This document shows, piece after piece, positions 12,437-24,894 of a DNA stretch of 64,000 nucleotides (the first letter of the stretch is position 1; every line of letters starts with the position of its first letter). A program made the position numbers and the translations under genes. Location: contig NW_024704743.1 in assembly GCF_018977255.1 (NCBI RefSeq), positions 40,922,001 through 40,986,000 of the forward strand, read 5' to 3'. The notes under the pieces are model-generated. The model was not told the origin of the DNA. It saw only the letters and a program-made list of their open reading frames with translations, and ran no database searches. The DNA comes from Callorhinchus milii (taxonomy: Eukaryota).

Positions 12437-12602
12437 TTAATACACTCAGCAGTAGACGTGTTTATGAGTCCGGTACGACCGTAACTAGTAAATATTTGGG
12501 ACGGTGGCCTTGGTACTCGCAGAAATTATGTCCGGTACGATCGTAACTAGTAGATAGTTGGGACGATGGCTATGCCTGCGGGCAATTAACTGAGTGTATT
12601 AA
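12437..12602 (+). repeat. Two 41-bp direct repeats (12468-12508, 12530-12570) enclosed by a perfect 13-bp inverted repeat
   Basis: TTAATACACTCAG (12437-12449) / CTGAGTGTATTAA (12590-12602); the units are 37/41 identical. Confidence 0.9.
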
Positions 12603-13613
12603 CCCATTGGGATTCTGAGTATTAAAGAACCATTATAATCCATTCGAGCGAGTATCTATTATTTGGATTTTCTACCACCATTTTAGATGGATGGCATTAG
12701 GTTGCTTTATTTACCAAGGTAGGATTAACCATAACTCTTGAAAATGTTTTGAGTAAATAACAAGAAATGCCAAAAACAAAATTGTAATTCATTACAAATC
12801 CCCTTCTGCAGAATTTTGTTCATATTAACGGTGCAATATTATTTGAAAAGAATCTTATTTCATTTAAATGCAATGCAGCAATTAGGGAAGTATGTGTAGC
12901 ATTTCATAACATGCTGCTAATGTAAGGAAAGCGATATGAAAAGCTACAAACTTTATCCCTTATGTGGGGAAAAGAGACATTCATACTGTCTGTTGAATGT
13001 TGTGATCACCCTCTCTCCCTTCTCCAGAGATATTTGAACATTGCAGCTACGAATTTGATTCCTTTTGAACTTCGGATTTCAGTGCAGCATTGATAGTCAT
13101 AGATTAACATATGTGAGAAACTCAAGACAATCATTGCTTTTTTTTATCTAGACAATGAATTAATTTCAGTGACTGTTCTTCCTAATACGCTTTACTGTGC
13201 AGCACAGTATGTGACATTACTGTATGTCCATTCTGTCTTTCCATAGTTTTAATGAAATTACTCTCAGAAGGGAGAAAGGAAACAAACAATATGTCAGTAG
13301 GTACAAGAGGGTGTAACACAAATGGTATAGTTGAGGGAGATCATAAAAAAGAACGTAGAAGGTGCCTTACAATCCAAATATAAATTTGTTGTCTTTTAGG
13401 ACGTCCCCCCCAATGTGAAAAACACTATACAAATGTAATTTTGTTGTTGTAAAGTCTGATTCAGCCACTGCCTGATGGGTGCCCCTCAAAAGACTAATCC
13501 TGATCAGGGACTGAAGACATGGACCATAAACATATGAAGTTCGCCCACAAATATACAGTCAATTCACTTTACAGTGTGTTCTGTGAAGCGCTTTGGGACG
13601 TCTCTAAGATGTC

Positions 13614-14340
13614 ATAACAACAAGATTCCATTTATTGAGCGCGTTTCACGTCGGGAGGACGTCCCAAGGCGCTGTACAGTTAGGTCAGGATCCGAGCAAG
13701 GGGGAAATGGTCAGGGTGAGGGGAGGGAAGGGAGGAAGCTAGGAGGGGGTAGAGAGTCGAGAGGGGAGCTGAAGGCACGGTCAAAGAGAAAGGTCTTGAG
13801 ACCGGCCTTGAAGGAGGAAAGGGAGCAGGCAAGGCGAAGGCACTGGGGGATAGAGTTCCAGAGCCTAGTGGCTGAGAGGCCGATGGTAGGGCGGTTGGGG
13901 TGGGGGATGTGGAGCAGACCGGAGCCAGAGGAACGGAGGGTACGGGCAAGTAGGTAGGGGGATAGTAGGTTGGAGAGGTAGGAGGGAGCAAGGCCGTGAA
14001 TGGCCTTGTAGGTGAGGATGAGGATCTTGAATTCGATCCTCTGGGGGATGGGGAGCCAGTGGAGGCGAGTGAGGGTGGGAGTGATGTGTTCCTGAAGCCT
14101 GGTGCGGGACAGTACACGAGCTGCAGAGTTCTGAATGACCTGCAGCTTGTGGAGGGAGGTGCCGGGAAGGCCGGCGAGGAGAGAGTCCAGCCTTGAGGTG
14201 ATAAAGGCGTGGACCAGAGTTTCAGCAGCGTGAGGGGTGAGGTAGTGCCGTAGTCTGGAGATATTCCGGAGGTGATGGAAGGCGGTGCCAGTTGTGGCGC
14301 GGATGTGAGGGAGAAAGGACAGCTCAGGGTCGAACAGAAC
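13614..14340 (-). mobile_element. Relatively young L2 LINE 3' fragment inserted antisense into a SINE tail (SINE halves ~13540-13613 and 14342-14382)
   Basis: ORF2 C-terminus VLFDPELSFLPHIR...AFHHLRNISRLRHYLTPHAAETLVHAFITSRLD...LHWLPIPQRIEFKILILTYKA...LWNSIP; CpGs retained; tail GCGCCTTGGGACGTCCTCCCGACGTGAAACGCGCT. Confidence 0.9.
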
Positions 14341-15149
14341 TATAAGGCACTATATTAAATGCAAGGAATATTATTATTATTTGGGTGATGTTTCAAAACA
14401 TTTAAGATGCTTTGTTTTCTAACCTATGTCCTAGCCTGACAGATACAAATATCCTCCTTGTAGGTGGAATGGTAGAAAATGGGGGCTTCATGGAATTAAA
14501 GTGGCTCTGAGGAAGGAACCCTGGTAAAACAGAATTCATAGACAGAATTCAAGGCAGTGTTGATCAGACCATAGCATATCAAAGAGATTTTAAGATGTGG
14601 ACATGCTCTAAAACCTGTAAGCCTGAGCTGGGCAAGTACCATGAAATGTGACAATTTACTGACAGAAAACCTCTTATCAAGGGGAAAGGGATTGGTGCTT
14701 CAGTGCTCCAAGACATTACCCCATTGGCTGCCAATATGCACACAACAATGTTCATAAAGAGCAACAGCTATAAAGAAAATGATTAATTTTACCGATGGGT
14801 TTGTTGGGCAGGACTTGCTTCTCTTTTCGAATAATAAAAACACATGTCTTTTCAGTTCAATATCTAGAATTTATTACTGTTAAAAGAGTATTTAAAAATA
14901 ATGATAAGTCATACGATGTCAAGAAAACTAGGGATGAGATAAAAGCTATTGCTGCTGATATAAATTATTGTCGCTTTGCCTACCAAATAACAGTCGTTAC
15001 ACTTCAAATTAAGTCAATTTAAGGGAGCATTTTTGAAGTGGTACTTCAAATGTAGATATATGAATTGTTATGTATCAGACCTGGAATATGAGTGGAAAGA
15101 AATGGCAAAAAGAAGGTATAATTTTGTATCATCTGCTTTTTTGGTTTGG

Positions 15150-15490
15150 TGTGTTACCCAGTACAGAACAATTTCTGGTGCGTGCTGATTTAACTGATGT
15201 CAGCAGGCTTTGATCACCTTGAGCAAGGAAAGAGGGTTAAAGAACTAGGATTACCATTCCCAATCTCTCTCGAGTGAGATCAAATGGTAAGGTCTGGCTA
15301 TGTGGACAACAGAGAAGATAGCATTGACCAAAGCAAAACACCAGAGGTGAATAAGCTCCCAACTCTCACTCACTCACTTATTAATTCAGCTCAGATTTGA
15401 AGAAAGGCAATTTGCAGAAGTACCGGAAGGCAGTTTGTGTCCATTGGAACTAAAGACCAACACTGTCAGCACCTTCGGGAGAGGAGAAAA
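15150..15490 (+). mobile_element. Old degraded tRNA-SINE of a third family; related copies at ~40500-40720 (-) and ~60340-60613 (-)
   Basis: Shared motifs GTGCTGA(G/T)TTA(G/A)CT and GAATA(A)GC(C)T...ACTCAC; end CAGCACCTTCGGGAGAGGAGAAAA; tRNA-like head GGCTCAGTAGGTAAATTCACTG in the 60.6 kb copy. Confidence 0.45.
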
Positions 15491-16267
15491 ATTGTAATCT
15501 AATTCCACCCCAAAACGATAAACCAAGCTTCTGTTAAGACTACAGAACAAGCAATAGCAGTGCTGTGTTCTTCACAGAGATATGGAATATATTTCTATGA
15601 GTTATTGCCAACATCTGTGTCAAATTATAAAACATACCCCTTGTAAAAATGTGTGCTGCTCTATTTCAATGGTTCAATTAAAAAGTTACAGTAGATTAAT
15701 TAAAAATACTCACCTCCCTAAGGAGAAATAAGTGTCCAAACAATTCTGTAAAATGATGTACACAAAATAGTGATAGCTTAGCTCAGCAAACTGCAGTGTC
15801 ATCTATTTACTTCAACTTTGCCTCTCAGTCACTGAACTGTTTGTACTGTACTAATGAATCATCCAACATAACAAGGACACTCACTGAGGGGATTCATTAA
15901 CATATAAAAATAATCATAGAAAGGTCATGTAAGGACAGAGCTGAATTGACTATATACTTATATATCCTGATAAATCCTTCCACTATGAATCTCATTAGTA
16001 GCGCACACTTCTTACCAGTGGAAATGCGTGCCTTAAATCTCCTAAAATGTCCAATACTCGAATCCACTGATAACACAGTGGATTTATTTATAGAATAATC
16101 CAAATAAATACACAGCTAACTCCGCCAACAATAATCTATAGATCAAAAATTGAGATAGGATTGGCTTTGAATTGAATTAGTTGAATAATCAAAATGAAAC
16201 TAATTCCCAAATCTAGCACTATTTTTGAATCAAGTATGGCGGTATATCAAGTATATATACACACTTT

Positions 16268-16945
16268 AATAATAATCCTTGCATTTATATAGCACCCCTC
16301 TCGCAGGGTAGCATCCCAGAGCACTTAATAGCACCAAAATGTCTCAACATATTTCACAGGATTTACTGTAAAGTGAAGTGACTGTATATTTTGTGGGTGA
16401 ATATGAAATGCAATGCAAATTGTTCTTTTTCTACCAGGGGATGTGAAGCAGGTCAGTGCCTGCTGAGGGAAGGGAATGGCCTGGTTGGTACATTTTGAGG
16501 AGTTCGCTGAGATAGGGTGGGGCAAGACAGTGGAGGGATTTAAAAATGAGAATGAGGATCTTAAACTTGATTCACTGGGTTTGGGGAGGCAAAGGCCCAG
16601 CTTGAGGATGCTGGAGCCTCGTGAGGGCAAAGACAAGGGCTGCGGAGTTCTGGATAGTTTTCTTGTATATGCACACAGCAAAGTCCCACAACAGCCAGGA
16701 AGAGAATAATCCATTTTATCTGGAAAATTGTTGGCCAGGGCACTGGATTAAACTCCTTTCACCCTTTAAGTGATACCATGGGATCTTTAACATCCATCTG
16801 AACCAGCAAAATAATTTTGGATTAACATCTCATCAGAATGATGGCATCACCACCAATGAAGCATTCCCACAGCCCTGCACTAGACTGTCATAATCATACT
16901 AGATTATGAGTTTAAAGTTCCAACATAGGGCTTAAACCCTCAACC
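16268..16945 (-). mobile_element. Family A SINE with a nested L2 fragment (~16430-16660)
   Basis: Tail and Deu core on both sides of an L2 ORF2-like segment; tRNA head remnant near 16900-16945. Confidence 0.7.
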
Positions 16946-16949
16946 TCCA

Positions 16950-17555
16950 CTTGTTATTGTGTCCAAAATGAGGGGAGATAAATATACGATAGCCAGTAGC
17001 GCATCTAAAAGAAAGGTTATAAGTACATATAGGCAGAGGGTGGTGAGAATGTGGAACTCCCTACCAGAAGATGTGATTGAAGGATTGAAGAAAAAATGTT
17101 TAAGAGAAGAATTAATGCATATTTGACAGAAAAGAGAATAGAGGAAAAATTGAGAGGAATTTATGATGCTGGAGTATTATGTGGATTATAAGCACTGGCA
17201 AGGACTAATCGTGTTCAAATCCCTTCACTTCCTGGCACCTCCCTACCTCTCTGACCTCCTCACTCCCCACTCCACCACCCAGGGCCTCCCCTCAACTGGC
17301 ACCAGCCTTCTGCTCATCCGTCACACCCTCTGCCCCACCATCGGAAGTCACTACACCCCAAAACTCTGGAACACTCTCCTCAATCCCTCCGCCTTGCCCC
17401 TCCTCTCTCCTCTTTCAAATCCACGTGAAAACTTTCCTCTTCGACCGTACTTACGGCCACCTTACCCATCCCCCTGACTGGGAATCAGGCTCCACCACTA
17501 TTAAGTGCTCTGAGATGCTACCCTGCATGGAGGGCGCTATATAAGTGCAAGTTGT
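16950..17555 (+). mobile_element. CR1 3' remnant (~16950-17200) followed by an L2 3' fragment (~17205-17555)
   Basis: CAGAGGGTGGTGAGAATGTGGAACTCCCTACCA (QRVVRMWNSLP, CR1); IVFKSLHFLAPPYLSDLLTPH...LWNTL (L2) with hairpin tail. Confidence 0.8.
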
Positions 17556-17990
17556 ATCAGACCAAATTGTCTGTCCACGTACTGCATCAACCTATGCAAT
17601 TCTACATAATTCTGACTCGTAGGCAAGAATGCTGCCAATTGAGCCAAACAGATACTACTCTTGTGCATAATAAGAAAATCAACAACAGAATGGGTCTGCC
17701 ACCTTGCCAGTATCAACGTCAAACAATAAGAGAAATACGGTTACATAAAAATTGAAAGTTCAGTGCAGTGATCAACCCCAAAATAATGGACACTGCAGAG
17801 AACATGTTATAATAAAAATCCTTGGATTTGATATAGCACTTTAGCACATCATGACATCTGAAAGCATTTCACAGGACATTTTATTGTAATTAAGAGTGAC
17901 TGTATTTTCACCAATTACTTTATCCTGATAGTACCTGAACAAATTAAAATCTGTGCACTATTCAGAATCTCAATTCATGACATGAGAAAG

Positions 17991-18240
17991 ATAATAATAA
18001 TCCTTGCAATTGATATAGTCCCTATCACGTCTTCGAGCTGTCTTAAAGATCTTCACGGAATATACTGTAAAGTGAATTGACTGTATATTTTGTGGGCGAA
18101 GCGCGGCAGCAAATTGTGCACAGCAGTGTCCCACCAACATTTGTGGATTGAGTGACCAAATTATTGTTATAATTTTTTTAAAAGGGATTATTACCCCTGG
18201 AAAAACGATCCGCCAATCGACTGACAACTGGGTTCCTATT
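17991..18240 (-). mobile_element. Family B SINE, long form, 5'-truncated
   Basis: Contains TAGGAACCCAGTTGTCAGTCGATTGGCGGATCG, the segment missing from the deleted form, plus the Deu 3' part and tail. Confidence 0.8.
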
Positions 18241-18594
18241 TACTGATAAAGGAATATAAAAAAAGTGGCCTGAACACATTTAATGTATCTCTTGTATCTG
18301 TTCCAACAAAAGCCCTGAAGGAAGTCAGGTCCAGTGTCTGAGAAACACAGCAACAACTCAGAGAAGCCCCAAGCGCTGTGCCTGTCAGACAGCTCAGGTC
18401 CCCACAGGCTAATCATTCTGAGACATCCGTTGCAGAAAATCATGATTTTTTCATGAAGCTAAAGCTGAAAGAATAAAAGCATAAGCTTTCAGTCTGCCTC
18501 AATACTAGGCTTACTTAGCATGAATTCATAATGAAATACAGTCGAGCCTCTATAATTTGCTGGTGGTGGTGGGAGGGAGGAGTGTTTTGATAGT

Positions 18595-19640
18595 TTTGGC
18601 CTTGCTCAGACAATAGTCCTTTCACCTCTGAATCAGAAGGTTGTGGGTTCAAGCCACATGTTGGGACTTTGAACTCATTAGTCTAAGTTGACGCTCTAAT
18701 ATAGTGCGGGGGGTGAGGAGGTGTTGCATTGTTGGAGGTGCCATCCTTCAGACAAATTGTTAAATCAAGGTCCATTTTGCCTGTTGAGGTGAACATTAAT
18801 TATCCCACAGCACTACTCGAAATAAAGAAAGGTTTTTTTTCCCAGTATCCTGGTCAACATTGTCATTCAATCTCCAGAAAATAAGCTATTTTGGTCATCA
18901 ACAACAATTTGCATTTATATAATGCCCTTTATGTGGGGCATTGTCATGGATCGCTGAACAATGGTGGAGTTAGACACAGAGCTGGGTAGAAAAGGGAAGC
19001 GAGCATAGGCAAAGTGGAAGAGAAAAGTCTTCAGGTGTGATCGGAAGAGAACACAAGGCAGAGGGATTGAGGCATGGAGTTCTAGAGGTTCGGGACATAG
19101 TGGCTGAAAGCACGGATGCTGATGATGAGGTCTACTGATGTGTAGAAGAATTGAGCCGGCTGAATTCATATGGTGAGTAGAGGAATGGGATGTGAACATG
19201 TTGGAGAGGTACAGAGGTTTGAGGACCTGAAGTGATTTGTAGGTGATCTTGGCTCCTGTTACTTGGTAGAGGTGGAGGAAAGTGGCATTGGTTAGGGACC
19301 AGCTGTGAGGTAGTAAAGATAACCAGGGATCAAACCTGTTGTCAAATGTTGTGCACAGGTTCATTAAGTCTGAGGGATGGGTGATAGAGCTTAAGGAGGC
19401 CCAAGCCGCAGGTGAGAAGACATTAACAGGAGCCAAGTAGTATAGCTTCTGTCTTGTTCATATTCAGCTGCAGAAATTTGGCGCTCATCCGGGCCTTGAT
19501 GTCAGACAAGCAGAAGGACAGAACAATTGGTCAACATGGGGTCGAGGCCAAAGGAGGAAAAGTAGATTTGGATGCCATCAATAAACACAGAGAAGTTGAT
19601 CCCATATCTTTGGTTGATATCACTGAGTCTGCTCACATCT
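18595..19640. mobile_element. Family A SINE (+, 18595-18900) truncated by an old L2 fragment (-, 18900-19640)
   Basis: tRNA head CTCTGAATCAGAAGGTTGTGGGTTCAAGCC; L2 ORF2 remnants (ITYKSLQVLKPLYLSNMF, SHLKTFLFH). Confidence 0.75.
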
Positions 19641-19997
19641 GAACAAAAGGCTTTGATCTTAGCAAATCCTTGAAGTTCATTGGGGTTTCAAAGGACTTAT
19701 TCAAGTGTGAGGTGTGAAAGAATGTGGCCATTGTCTGACTATGTTTAACTTCCAATGCATTCACATTTGAGCATGGTCTTTAAGACATTGTATTTTTCTG
19801 AAATATCTTGCAGATATTACGGAGCCCCTGCTGTTGACTGCTGGATTGATTTTATACACTTAGTAGCCTGACAGCTTACAGTTCCTAAATAATTATCGCA
19901 GCAGGCTTGTTCCTTATTGAGTTTGTTTTTGAGTAAAAGTATTTTTGGATAAACATTGAGATAACGTAATATTAATCCCAAAGGGATAAATAACTAC

Positions 19998-20117
19998 CTG
20001 TTTTGGGATCCACAGAGAAGTAGGGCTGTCCATGCAGGATACTGTACACCACTCTGGCACTGTTTCCATATGTGGGGTCATCAGCATCTGTGGCTGTCAC
20101 CTGTCTCACAAAGGCAC
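19998..20117 (-). CDS. CDH12: Cadherin-12-like coding exon 3 (EC2), 120 nt
   Basis: Acceptor ttttttttag|GT at 20118/20117; (G)[39 protein letters not shown](G) with the DAD motif; donor ACAG|GTAGTT at 19998/19997. The frame joins both neighbouring exons. Confidence 0.95.
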
Positions 20118-22879
20118 CTAAAAAAAAGCAATCACAGATTTCACAGATTATATTCCTATTTCCTTCCAGCGTATTCACAAGCAAAAGAAGAGCTCATAAC
20201 TAGTAATATTTGCACAAATACAGAGTAAATTCGTCAGTGCAGGCCTTCTGTATGAAAGAATAACTTTAATATTAAACATTATTATTATCATCAATTAAAA
20301 GAACAATGAGAAAGGCTGAAACAAGAAATGCTAATAAAAATACAAGCTCTTTCTATAATCCATCCACAACTATCCTGTTATTGTACTTCTCCTTTCCCAT
20401 GCATTCGAACCTCTTCTAGAAAATGTACTCTACTGTTTTCCTGTACACCTCTCCCTTCCGAGGATTATCAAGCACTTTTGCCTCTAGGTCAAAAATGCTA
20501 TGGGGTTCAAGCAAAATGTTGGGATGTTGGGACTCAAGTCTGCTGCAATGCTATAACAGGGAAGGGCTGTTGCATTATTTGAGCCGCTGTGCTTTGGAGG
20601 GCATATTAAACCAAGATGCCATTTGCCTGTTTGTATTATGGTGTATTATGAAAGAAAGTCTTGAAGAGGTGTGGGGATAAGGCAGGGCAGTGGGATTGAG
20701 TGAGCACCTTGCCCTGCGATATGGCATAGACTTGATAGGCCGAATGGCCTCCTTCTGTGCTGTAAATGTTTATGATTCTCTCTGAAATTGCCATTATTGT
20801 TATCTCTGACCATTTATTTCCTTATATTTCTCAATTAATTTCCTCAAAGTATATTTATCGAATTATTTTCAAAACATGTTGATTGATTTCATCGTGTGTT
20901 TCAGCGCCTTGGGATATCCTCCCGATGTGAAAGGTGCTATAAAAATTATAATTTGTTGTTGCTATTGTTCATCAAGTGCTTTATCTGGGAGCTGATTCCT
21001 TATATTGTCTACCCTTTGGGAGGGAAAATATATTCTGTCCAACAATATCTTTTCTCTTAAAAAAATAGTCACTTCCAAAGTTGGGAATTACAAAGGATTA
21101 TAATGAACACCACAGTACGGAAACAGGCCATTCAGCCCAATTAGTCTGTGTGTTTATATTCCACATAATTCTTCACCCCTCCTGTACCCCTCTATACATC
21201 AGTCAAATTCCTCTTTGTGTCTTCTTTCCCTTTTACACATAAAAGCATTATGAAAATGACAAGTTGGTAGCTCTTAGTTGTAAATTATTCAAACAAACAG
21301 TAGGGCCTAATGCCAACCTCAAAAGACTAAACCTCAGCTATTTTCTTTGGGAAAGCAGTAGCTTGCTTGCCCATAATAATTCTCAATGTACTGTTATGTG
21401 CAAGCCCAATAACATAGTGCACTAAACAGACAGTTTGCTTCACTCACCCACCAATGCAGTATCACAGTATTCCATAACTGCGCAGATGATTCAACAATTC
21501 AAAGAAATATTAATATTTTTCAACTAAATGAAGGAGGCAGGAAGTTGAGGAAGATTTACACTAGGTCAAATCTGAAAATAATGGGGAGGAGAAACACTAG
21601 AACAAGATCAAAAGGACAAACGTCCTTTGAACTATTTGATCACATCCTTACAGAATACTCACCCTACTTTACTCCTATTACAGCATCAAGCTTTTTTTAA
21701 ACTAAAAGTGAGTCCAACACCGGGCCTCAACTATCATTTCTCAACTACCTTCCATTTGCCCTGAAACTGGCCTTTGCAATTTGTACTGCCTTTGTGCTTC
21801 CTAAACTATTAATCTGGATGTACTATTGATCTTGATTTGAAGTGTTGATTCTTTCAAACACGGATTAGATAGCTTTCTACAGTACATAAGCAGTTCGGGA
21901 CATATATCCATGCGACCTCCAGGATGGTGGAGACCTAACATGATGGACCTTGGTCTTTTTGCATTTACCATTTCTTATGTTCTTATGTTGTGTTACTTTT
22001 TCAATTTCTTTTAAAATTTTATACACCTATATAAGGTCCCTATGAGATGTATCTTTTCAAGACTGAAAAGCCCTAGTTTGTCTAATCATTGCACGTTGCT
22101 CATTCTTCTAACATGAGGGAATCATCCTCATTGCTCTCAAGCACCAGTCCCACCTCGCATAAGCTCATCTCCTGTTGGGGACTAAACCATGGTGTTGACA
22201 GCTGCTATGGAGAAAACCACAGGATGAATTGTTTCTTCCCTAAAGCAAAAGAAGGAAGCTTAGTGCTTCTGTGGTGAAAACAGCAGTGGAACCCAAAGGC
22301 AAACACATTTGGACTACATCTGATACAAATGTGAGTGAAAATATCTATGTGTATCCTGAATATAAGTATAAATACAGAACAATGGATGATTAAATTGGTG
22401 AAATATATTCTTAAGTTGGTTCTCAGCAGGCTATCAGCTTAGAGCCATTATATAGCGGTACATAAATGTATTTAAGCTCTCTGAGATGTTATCTAGGTGA
22501 AGGGGAGAACATAAATGCAAATTGTTGTTGTATTTCATGTGAGGATAATCCATATAATAGTAAAGCATTTTTTTCATTGTTACAATTTTGAGATACCCCG
22601 AGCCATGTATTGCGGTAAATGAATTACAAACTTGAGGAATAAAAGATGGACAACACGATCATTTCAACTCTATTTATGTAACATTTTGGAGCAAACTGAA
22701 TTTGTGAATTATTGAATTCAGTCTTTACTTTGAGATAATTTTTCTGTGGTTCTTAAAACTAACCTACAGAAAACCTGCTTGAAAATTAAAGGCTGCATTT
22801 AATATTTTGCTAAATTTGGGACAATGTAAAATGCTACAAAAATGAATAAATCTAGTAATGCCAGAAGGGCTGAATTATA

Positions 22880-23410
22880 GCAACAAAAATCTGTATTTTA
22901 TAACATAAGAACAGTCTTACACCAATGCAAGAGAAAGTGGATCTCAAGAAGACTGGGAGACTTATAAAAAGCAACAAAGAGATACAAAGAAAGTAATAAG
23001 AGGTGCAAAAAAGGAATATGAGAAAAAAAATTGCAAGGGATATCAACGACAACAGTAAGGTTTAATAAATGTATTAGGATAAAGAGAGTGGTAAAGGGGA
23101 ATGTGGGCCCGTTAAAAACAGATGTAAAAGACAAATGAAGTTGAGATTATAATGGACAATAAGGAAATGGCAGGATTGTTGCATGAATACTTTGTTTCCG
23201 TTTTCATCGTAGAGGAAGAGGACAAATTAACAGCAGTACAAATATAAGCCAAACAAAAGTACCAACAGGACATAATATAAATAAAAAATGGTAATGGAGA
23301 AAATAATGGGACTAAAGATAAACAACTCTCCAGGACCTGATAGATTCCACCTCAGGGTATTAAAAGAATTAGGGTGGAAAATTCCAGATGTATTAGTCAT
23401 AATTTTCCAA
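22880..23410 (+). mobile_element. CR1 LINE ORF2 internal fragment (linker before RT), decayed
   Basis: NKEMAGLLHEYFVSVFIVE and VMEKIMGLKINNSPGPDRFHLRVLKEL...VLVIIFQ match the CR1 'KSPGPDGxHPRVLKE' region. Confidence 0.85.
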
Positions 23411-24377
23411 ACAACAACAAGATTACATATCTTTATCTCCAGAGAGATAAAGAACCTAGTACTTGATATAATACAGTTCAATTCAATTAATGTAAGTTGA
23501 TGGTACACATTACGTTCTTTGTAAGTCGGGAACAGATTTTCTATAACTTTTTCATTTAACTGTATCATACACAGCAGAGGAATTCATGCAAAGGATGATC
23601 CAGCACTATTTATATCAGATGCAGTCAAAAGGTACTATTGTAATATCTGTGAACAAAAATTATAGAAACACTGGAACAAAGACAAATAAGAATGAAATTG
23701 AGGTAATGAGATGTGTATACAAGCAGTGCTTGGTAGTCACTCATCCCAATCATACCATCCCATAACTGCCCAGTACATTTTGAAACAAAAAATAATATTT
23801 TTCAACTAAATGAAGGATACATGGGAGTCAAGGTAGATTTCCATCAGGTCAAATTTGAAAGTCAGAATGCAATTATGGTAAAGATAGTCCAGGAAGTCAC
23901 AGAACTTTGGCTGCTAAAAAAGGACATAGGAACATTGATGCTCAGTGACTTGCCGCCAACGCAGATTCAAACATGCTTGGTTACAAGACTGTATAATCCA
24001 ATCACAGCTAGCGAGATGAGGCTAATAATAATAATAATCCTTGCATTTGATGTAGTGTCTTAGCACATCTTTGAGACATCTCAAAGCATTTCACAGAATA
24101 TAGGGAATAAAGAATGGGACAGAATGTCAGCAGTAATGAGGATTCCAGTAATTAAAAAAAATGAGGACACTGAGCTTCAGTAACAACATAGAAATACCTG
24201 CCAGGTAATAAATATGATACCAAATGAGTAAAATATAGGCAACAGATAGGAACAATCGGAATGATTCCTGATTTTAGAGTTCTATATAAAGAGAAATGAT
24301 TAAAACGTTCATTTCAGAAAAAAAAGTTTGAAGGAAGTTATAAGTCATAATCTTTCAAATTATGAGCAATGGACCAG

Positions 24378-24810
24378 TGTCAGCCTGGATCAGTCGGAGG
24401 TACTCTCGCCTCTGAGTTAGAAGGTTGAGGATTCAAGACAAACATTTGTACTTTGAACCCATATTGTCTAATCTGTCATTCCAATGCAGTGTTGGGGCTG
24501 CATTGCATTGGTGGAGATGCAGTCTTTTGGATGAGATGTTAAACTAAAGTCACGGCTGCTTGTTTGGGTGGATGTTAAAGATTTCATGGCACTATTAGAA
24601 AAGGGGAGTTTCTCTGGGTTCCTGGCTAAGAATTCCCTGAATAAAATTAATCATTCACTTCCTGGCTATGAGGTATTGCTGTGAATAAATGGCTGCCACT
24701 TTCACCCACAAAATGCATATTCACTATACATTGCAGTAAATCCTGTAAAGTGCTTTGAGATATAATCACAGCATAAAAGGCATAATATCAGTCAAGAATT
24801 AAGATTATTT
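24378..24810 (+). mobile_element. Near full-length family A Deu-SINE
   Basis: TGTCAGCCTGGATCAGTCGGAGGTACTCTCGCCTCTGAGTTAGAAGGTTGAGGATTCAAG head, Deu core and degraded tail. Confidence 0.85.
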
Positions 24811-24894
24811 ATCAGTCATGTAGATGCTAACAAATAACAGAGACCTCATGAACACAACTACCGGTTATAGTTTAACATTAACAAACTTCTACAG

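Larger units (their letters stand above)
11447..12683 (+). mobile_element. Probable solo LTR of an ERV/LTR retroelement (~1.24 kb), antisense to the cadherin gene
   Basis: Begins TG at 11447 after TAGA and ends CCACCATTT followed by TAGA (4-bp TSD candidate). Inverted CCAAT (ATTGG 11992-11996), TATAAGA 12008-12014 and AATAAA 12334-12339 lie in U3-R-U5 order. CpG-rich relative to flanks; internal tandem repeats; no PBS or ORF follows. Confidence 0.7.

Noticed and set aside
12033..12570. CRISPR-like repeat-spacer array
   Set aside because: Only two copies of each unit, in a eukaryotic LTR context, with no cas genes.
18537..18560. TA-CAGTCGAGCCTC as a Tigger-like terminus
   Set aside because: No matching opposite end found; a SINE follows almost immediately.
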